This document shows, piece after piece, positions 58,519 to 64,000 of a DNA stretch of 64,000 bases. The stretch covers positions 5,394,001 through 5,458,000 of the forward strand of contig OX337228.1 in NCBI GenBank assembly GCA_946965045.2. The letters are read 5' to 3'. The DNA comes from Epithemia pelagica (Eukaryota > Protista > Bacillariophyta). The position numbers and the translations under genes are program-made. Below the pieces are notes generated by a model. It was not told where the DNA came from. It did not search any database and saw nothing but the letters and a program-made list of their open reading frames with translations. The stretch's first letter is position 1; each line of letters opens with the position of its first letter.

Positions 58519-58827
58519 ATTTGTACGTGCATCCACGTTATCTCATGATTGTAGATCAGAATGATTGACCTACTCCCTCCGTATTATCATGGTGGGTGAG
58601 TTTGAAGATTGTGATCCTTCCAACCCAGCTGCGAACCAAGAGTGCAACGATCTATTGGAGAGAACAGATGCTGATCCAGATGAGACTTGGTGGAACTGGG
58701 TTGTGCTCGTGGCCCTTTTCGTGGTATTCCGAGTGACCGCTCTCATCGTTCTTCGTCAGAAGGCAACCAAGTTCTATTAAATTTGTACGTGCATCCACGT
58801 TATCTCATGATTGTAGATCAGAATGAT
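58304..58827 (+). repeat. 262-bp head-to-tail tandem duplication of the ABCG 3' end and 3' UTR
   Basis: 58304-58565 versus 58566-58827, with one difference seen (TGGATT versus TGGGTT, Ile/Val). Confidence 0.95.
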
Positions 58828-58919
58828 ACTAGTGTTTTCAGAACGAGCTTTGTTTAGTGAACAACGGGTAATTCAACATCGGCTTCCTGTGAGATGCAAC
58901 TTTCAGATGTAACCGTCGT

Positions 58920-60431
58920 TTAGCAACTGGAGTATTCACCAAACAATTCCTTACTGACAGCATCGACTGTGCGATCTTTTCGAATTAGATCCACTTCATG
59001 CCTCATCGTATTAACAAATGACCTTTCAACGGAAATTAAATGAACGCGAAGGTGCGAAAATCTGCTACGGAATCGGTCGAAATCACGAGGGAAAGGATCA
59101 TGAAGCGAGTTGTTCTCCGCCCTATCATGAAGCATGAAAATGGATGATCCAGGCTGCAAGAACAACGCCGCAACTTTCGCATCTCGAATGTCATTCACGA
59201 TCAACAAGTCGGAGTCCACGACTTTTTTGGCCTGTTCACGAAGTGGCATGTTCTCTACCATCCACAATTCGACCGCAACATCATGCAGAGATGACACAAT
59301 AAGGTCTTTTAAACGGTCAAACTTCCTTCCTGAGGACAGGGTATGCCAAGCAATGGTGAGCTTGATTCCGTCGTCGGGCTGCGGTTTTCGTGCTTTTGCA
59401 GTCAAGCCCATGTTATGCAAAAGAAACTTGGAAAAGCCTTGTTGATTGTGGCCATTGGGCAAGATGTTCCTCTGATCCTTTTCAAAGGACGAAGAGTCAG
59501 AAGCATCGTTGGCAAACATACCGATGCCTGCCACTGCATGAGGGGCACAAATATAAGATGAATCCAGGCCTCTTTGACGTGCTTCCTGGATGAAGTCATC
59601 CATTGAGACAATTGCTTGTATCCCTCCTTGAGACCCTGCTGTTGAATCCAGCATCGACAAAACCAATCGATGAATGCCACCATCACACGATGACTCCCTG
59701 GTGGCGTTTTGTCCGCATAATAGTGGGGATGCCTCATCAGAGAGTTTATGCATCGTAGGCAGAATATCTTTTTCAGCTAACCCAAATATTTCCAGTAGAA
59801 CAAATATTGAGAACAAGTCATCCCACATGAATCTATCGGTTCTTGAATGAAAGGGTATGAAAACCACATTTTTTGGGAGCTCATAGAATCCGTTTGAAAG
59901 CAACAGTTCCGACTGCTCGACAACACGGGGAAACCATCTCAAGACATCCCTGTCTGGTACCGAGTTCAGCGATCCAAGAGCCATGCTGCTTGCCTCAGAG
60001 GACAGCACTGAAGATAACGTGACCGTGGGATGCATTTGCCGAGCGACTGCTTGTAATTTCAGCTCTTCAGGTGAGGGGAGAACAATGAAGTCTCCTTGAG
60101 ATATATCAAAACATAAATTGCGAAACTGGCAAGATCGATACATCCATGCATGTGGACCAAAATTCTTTCCAACACAATGAATCGAACTATGTAGAGAACC
60201 ATGACGTCTCGATAACAGAGATACGGCACGTTGTACCTGTGTTTTTCCGTCATCGGCTCTCAAACATACGGAACCAAGGAAAATGAACAGGATCGCCGAA
60301 GTGATTGTCCCCAACACCTTGCATATTTCAACACCTCTCCTGTTCTGTAAGAAAAACAATGATAGAGATGCTTTTACATTATTTGTTGGATCTAGAATAC
60401 GGCTCAAATTGTCAATCCGAGCTCTCGTCAT
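58920..60431 (-). CDS. Type II membrane glycosyltransferase-61-like protein
   Basis: N-terminal TM, SCQFRNLCF and C-terminal PLREQAKKV..DLLI..ALFLQPGSSI as in GT61. The 5' structure is uncertain (possible intron near 60350). Confidence 0.5.
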   Translation of the reverse strand: MTRARIDNLSRILDPTNNVKASLSLFFLQNRRGVEICKVLGTITSAILFIFLGSVCLRADDGKTQVQRAVSLLSRRHGSLHSSIHCVGKNFGPHAWMYRSCQFRNLCFDISQGDFIVLPSPEELKLQAVARQMHPTVTLSSVLSSEASSMALGSLNSVPDRDVLRWFPRVVEQSELLLSNGFYELPKNVVFIPFHSRTDRFMWDDLFSIFVLLEIFGLAEKDILPTMHKLSDEASPLLCGQNATRESSCDGGIHRLVLSMLDSTAGSQGGIQAIVSMDDFIQEARQRGLDSSYICAPHAVAGIGMFANDASDSSSFEKDQRNILPNGHNQQGFSKFLLHNMGLTAKARKPQPDDGIKLTIAWHTLSSGRKFDRLKDLIVSSLHDVAVELWMVENMPLREQAKKVVDSDLLIVNDIRDAKVAALFLQPGSSIFMLHDRAENNSLHDPFPRDFDRFRSRFSHLRVHLISVERSFVNTMRHEVDLIRKDRTVDAVSKELFGEYSSC

Positions 60432-60691
60432 TTTATCTTACGATGATTACTCCTTTGACGTACCTACTACCTACCCACCGCACTGAGCTTGCTTTCCATA
60501 GACGCCATACTCCTAGAGGCATTATTTTTCCCACAAGGAGTACCATCTCCTAGTTTTTGCCTTTGGAATAAAGAAGATTGATTTTGTGTCTAATGTCAAA
60601 TACGGATCTAAAAGCACATCATCCATTAAAAACAGGCACTTGTTTCTTACAGAAATATAGAAACAAAATAAAACTTCTTTCCAACGAGATT

Positions 60692-62269
60692 CTACAGATC
60701 AACAGTATCTTCGTGGACATAGCCCCTTGGGTGTTTTGGGGTTGGCGGAGGGGGTTCCAAGTCTCTCATGGCCTTTTTCAAGTCCGTGGTTACAAAGGTC
60801 GGACCCGGGGCAACCGATTGAGATCCCACCCAATATGCCCCTGATGTGAACCTCAGTTCTTCGGCATCATCAACCGTTTGGGCGTCATTCTCGCCCATAA
60901 CGTATACTTGAGGATATGGAACGGTGGACATTCCAACAGAATCACTCTGGGTACCGACTTCATCGTCGAATCTATCTGCGGGCTCCAAGTCTCTCAATAT
61001 GGCCGCAGAATTCATACTGGACTTTGATCCCTGTGTGGCTTCGTCTTCGAGCTCCTCTTTCAGCAATACATGAGAAATTGCCAAGTTCTTGTTCCTCTCT
61101 CGTCGCCTTTGGACCGCAATAATCGCAATAACCACCACGAGCATTACCGCACACACCACCACAAGCACAGGAATGACGGGTTTACGACTGCTAGACCCAG
61201 CGCTCCGATCAGCCACGTTACCGTCTGCCAAACCACTGACATCGCTCGTTTCAATCTGGATACATGGGGAGTCCGCAGCATCCTTGATACAATTGACACG
61301 ATTGTCGGGTCCGATGTTCTTCAGAATTGCATCCAACGCCAAGAAAATCTTTTGGTCAATCGGCGGTATGGTAGCTATATCAACAGTAGTCAGCCGACGC
61401 TGCGATAGCTCGAGGTAAGTGACATCCAACGAGAAGTCCAATGGAGAACAACTGTCTCCATCTGTGAAGTCTCCAATGTCTGTAAAATCCAAAAAAATCT
61501 CTTTGACTTCAAGGTCATCGTTGTAGTCACATTCGAGAACTGCTTTTGCCAGCTCTCGAGTGACACTTTCTTCAACAAATTTCGTTTTGTCCGGCGGATT
61601 GCCATCAAAACAGACTCGTAATTCAAAGTGCATCTCCTTGGTCAAGACAGGATCGTAGTTGTCGATTCCTTCCTCGTTGATGCAACTGTAATCTACGGAT
61701 TGTGCCTGTCGATTCTCTATGAACGTGCTCGTAGTCGGTGCGGCCGATAACGTCGGATTCTCGGAGGGTTGTAATGATAGAGATGGAGTCGGTGACTTGG
61801 AAGGTGATGATGATGGCGACGGAAATGGTGCAGCTGATGGGTTGGTCGAAAGGGATGGTGCTACCGTAGGAGTTGAAGATGGCTCGATCGAGGGCTGTGA
61901 GGAAGTAGTAGGAATCAGAGAAACCGTAGGTGTGCTGGAAGGCATAGTCGTCGTACTTGGTTGAAGCGAAACTGATGGGCTACTTGAAGGGCTAAAAGAT
62001 GAAGAAGGGGCACTGGATTGTGTTGGCGGGGCTGTAGTTAGGACAAATGATTGTTCACCTTCGTCTTCCGTGTATTTCTTGCCCTTTCCTTTCCCTTTCC
62101 CTTTCCCTTTCCCATGGTCCTTTTCCTCATCGAGCCGTCTTCGACTCCTTGCACTCTTTCTGTTTTCCGCTCCTCTCGATCGACCAGCAGTCGCATAGAA
62201 CGGTCTAGTGACTCTGGCAGCTATGGTTTCCGTGGCCAAGAGGGCGAGGCAAACAAGTAAATACAGCAT
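60692..62269 (-). CDS. Type I membrane surface protein with GK repeat and PS/PT-repeat stalk
   Basis: Signal peptide MLYLLVCLALLATETIAA, GKGKGKGKGK, repeated SxxPSxxP, Cys-containing domain, and TM VIPVLVVVCAVMLVVVIAIIAV followed by RRR. Confidence 0.8.
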   Translation of the reverse strand: MLYLLVCLALLATETIAARVTRPFYATAGRSRGAENRKSARSRRRLDEEKDHGKGKGKGKGKGKKYTEDEGEQSFVLTTAPPTQSSAPSSSFSPSSSPSVSLQPSTTTMPSSTPTVSLIPTTSSQPSIEPSSTPTVAPSLSTNPSAAPFPSPSSSPSKSPTPSLSLQPSENPTLSAAPTTSTFIENRQAQSVDYSCINEEGIDNYDPVLTKEMHFELRVCFDGNPPDKTKFVEESVTRELAKAVLECDYNDDLEVKEIFLDFTDIGDFTDGDSCSPLDFSLDVTYLELSQRRLTTVDIATIPPIDQKIFLALDAILKNIGPDNRVNCIKDAADSPCIQIETSDVSGLADGNVADRSAGSSSRKPVIPVLVVVCAVMLVVVIAIIAVQRRRERNKNLAISHVLLKEELEDEATQGSKSSMNSAAILRDLEPADRFDDEVGTQSDSVGMSTVPYPQVYVMGENDAQTVDDAEELRFTSGAYWVGSQSVAPGPTFVTTDLKKAMRDLEPPPPTPKHPRGYVHEDTVDL

Positions 62270-63060
62270 CTTAACGATTGTGTGCGTTCTATTGTAAGGA
62301 AGTGCTTTGTCCATTGTGGTCTAGAATGACTGCTGTTCACTTTGAAACTGTTTCCTGCCAGAGAGTAGACAAAGGTAGAAAGAAGCTCTCGTCACTCGTC
62401 ACGGACTAAAAAGTGGAACCGGACGCATTTTGTGAACGGACGTCAATAATTCAAGCCAGAACAGATGTCGACCCTGCGCTATCAACGGACGACGAACTAT
62501 AGAATGGTAAGTACAATGCTGGCGGGATAGAATGCCCGCTCGCAACGGGAAAGGTCAACGGAAAGGATACTAGATAAATTTTTGAACCTGCCAATCTTGT
62601 CGGACTGCCATGTGCTCCAACGGATGCAAATTTGTGATAATTCAAGGCGCGACAATCGGTATGAATGTACCAATTGCATCCAACCAAAATCTTCTATGTG
62701 AGTCGTTTAAAAGCATGTGCTCTCTGTATTGTATTCAGAAGCCAAGCGTGATCCATTTGAGCGGAAACTGTTGAAGCGCCAACGTATCCTTGTGTCGTGT
62801 GGGAAAGGCGTGACTTCGGATTCACAGAATGCGAATGGTCAAAAAGTCCAATATCCCCAAGACCCACGGTCTGTTCGGTTTTTGTTGAACGGATAGATAC
62901 CATGGGCCCAATTGCGCTGTCGGGACGGAGTCGGACGTAGACCGATCTAAGGTTACCGACCGACCGAGCTTGATGTCCGGAAGATGATAACAACACCCAA
63001 TATTTGACGAGACATAGCTTTGAGCAGTGATCGGTAAGGTATCCATGGTTGCTGTCTAGG

Positions 63061-63494
63061 CTGCCTCTAGTGCCTTCTATCTGGGTGTGCCCATTACGGG
63101 CGAAAACGTACCATTGGGCACATAGTTCAACTAGATAGAACTCAACCAATATTGGGCCTCCGGCAACACGTAGATGCTCAAACTTTTTCCTTAACACATC
63201 CTCTGTCACCATTGGATACTCCATGACACCCATCTATGACAAATCACATTGGATTCCAAGTGTGCCCACATGCCTAAAATTGAGCACAATGGAGGTCCTC
63301 ATATGACCTAGATATGTCATAGATGGGTGTCATGGAGTATCCAATGGTGACAGAGGATGTGTTAAGGAAAAAGTTTTAGCATCTACATGTTGCCGTAGGT
63401 CTAATATTGGTTGAGTTCTATCTAGTTGAAACTATGTGCCCAATGGTACGTTTTCGCCCGTAATGGGCACACCCAGAAAGAAGGCACTAGGCAG
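63061..63494. mobile_element. Foldback/MITE-like element with ~175-180-bp inverted arms and ~70-bp spacer
   Basis: 63067-63241 matches the reverse complement of about 63316-63490 with 7 differences (~96%); the match extends to 63061 and 63494. No TSD found. Confidence 0.85.
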
Positions 63495-63597
63495 AAGTAG
63501 CTGTGAATAAGAAGCTGGATGATAATCACTCTTCTGGAATCGAAGAAACAAAGAAGCAATTCATTACTACGTAAATTTCTTTGGGTCAAAGGTGCAT

Positions 63598-64000
63598 CTA
63601 GATTTCGCCTGCGGTCGAATCGTTCAGTGCATTGCCAACTTCTGAGTTGGATTCGAAACTACTCGTGTCGGTAAAAAATACACCGAGTCTCCTGAAAACA
63701 GGTTGGTTCTTGAACTCATTCTTTTGCTTTGTCATCGTGGCCCGCAGAACCTCGACTTCTGACTCTTTCGTGGCAACTTGACCATCCATTATTGCAACCT
63801 GCTTTTGCAATGATTGGGCTGTTTCACATGTTTTTTGAAGCTTGTTTTCTGTCTCACGCTGTTGTTTCAAGTGTTCGGCGGCTTGTTGAACAATCTCCGC
63901 GTTCGTTTCTGCCAATTTCGACTTAATTTGTTTAACCTCATCTCGTAGCGTTTTGGCTTCTTCTTCGCTAACCTGGAGTTTGGCTTTGCTGGCCATCCGT
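63598..64000 (-). CDS. 3' end of a coiled-coil protein that continues beyond the window
   Basis: The frame is open to the right edge; heptad-like E/K/Q-rich sequence; stop at 63598-63600. Confidence 0.6.
   Translation of the reverse strand, partial: RMASKAKLQVSEEEAKTLRDEVKQIKSKLAETNAEIVQQAAEHLKQQRETENKLQKTCETAQSLQKQVAIMDGQVATKESEVEVLRATMTKQKNEFKNQPVFRRLGVFFTDTSSFESNSEVGNALNDSTAGEI

Noticed and set aside
62694-63233. 179-aa minus-strand ORF starting inside the foldback
   Set aside because: It begins within a repeat arm, has no motifs and has atypical composition; it is not a recognisable transposase.

Overview
This is eukaryotic nuclear DNA, most likely from a pennate diatom. The evidence is short GT-AG introns, bipartite ASAF-type plastid presequences and CoDi-type Ty1/copia elements. 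Positions 1-11.8 kb are a repeat island. It holds three nested LTR retroelements: a minus-strand LTR inside the RT/RNase H of a second copia, and a complete 8.4-kb copia with 783-bp LTRs and a CTACT target-site duplication. That complete element carries an extra ORF upstream of gag, a chromo-like module after the integrase and five in-frame stops with no frameshift. The island also has several palindromic or MITE-like elements. Positions 12-64 kb are a compact housekeeping region of about 29 genes, including SPF30-like, CDV3-like, NDK, SEC14, DOT1-like, CPSF1, RecA, TRAPPC2L, Kelch-BTB, a carrier, DNAJC17, VAMP7, SHMT, RetSat-like, TPT, MgtE, K2P channel, AAA ATPase, HSP60 and ABCG. The best leads are the copia accessory ORF, a recurrent intergenic TACTCCTAG/TAGGAGTA motif, a 62-bp TIR element with a 10-bp TSD, a 434-bp foldback, and a phosphate-carrier protein with plastid plus twin-arginine-like targeting. 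No rRNA, tRNA or CRISPR array was seen. All family calls come from motifs recognised by eye; no database search was run.
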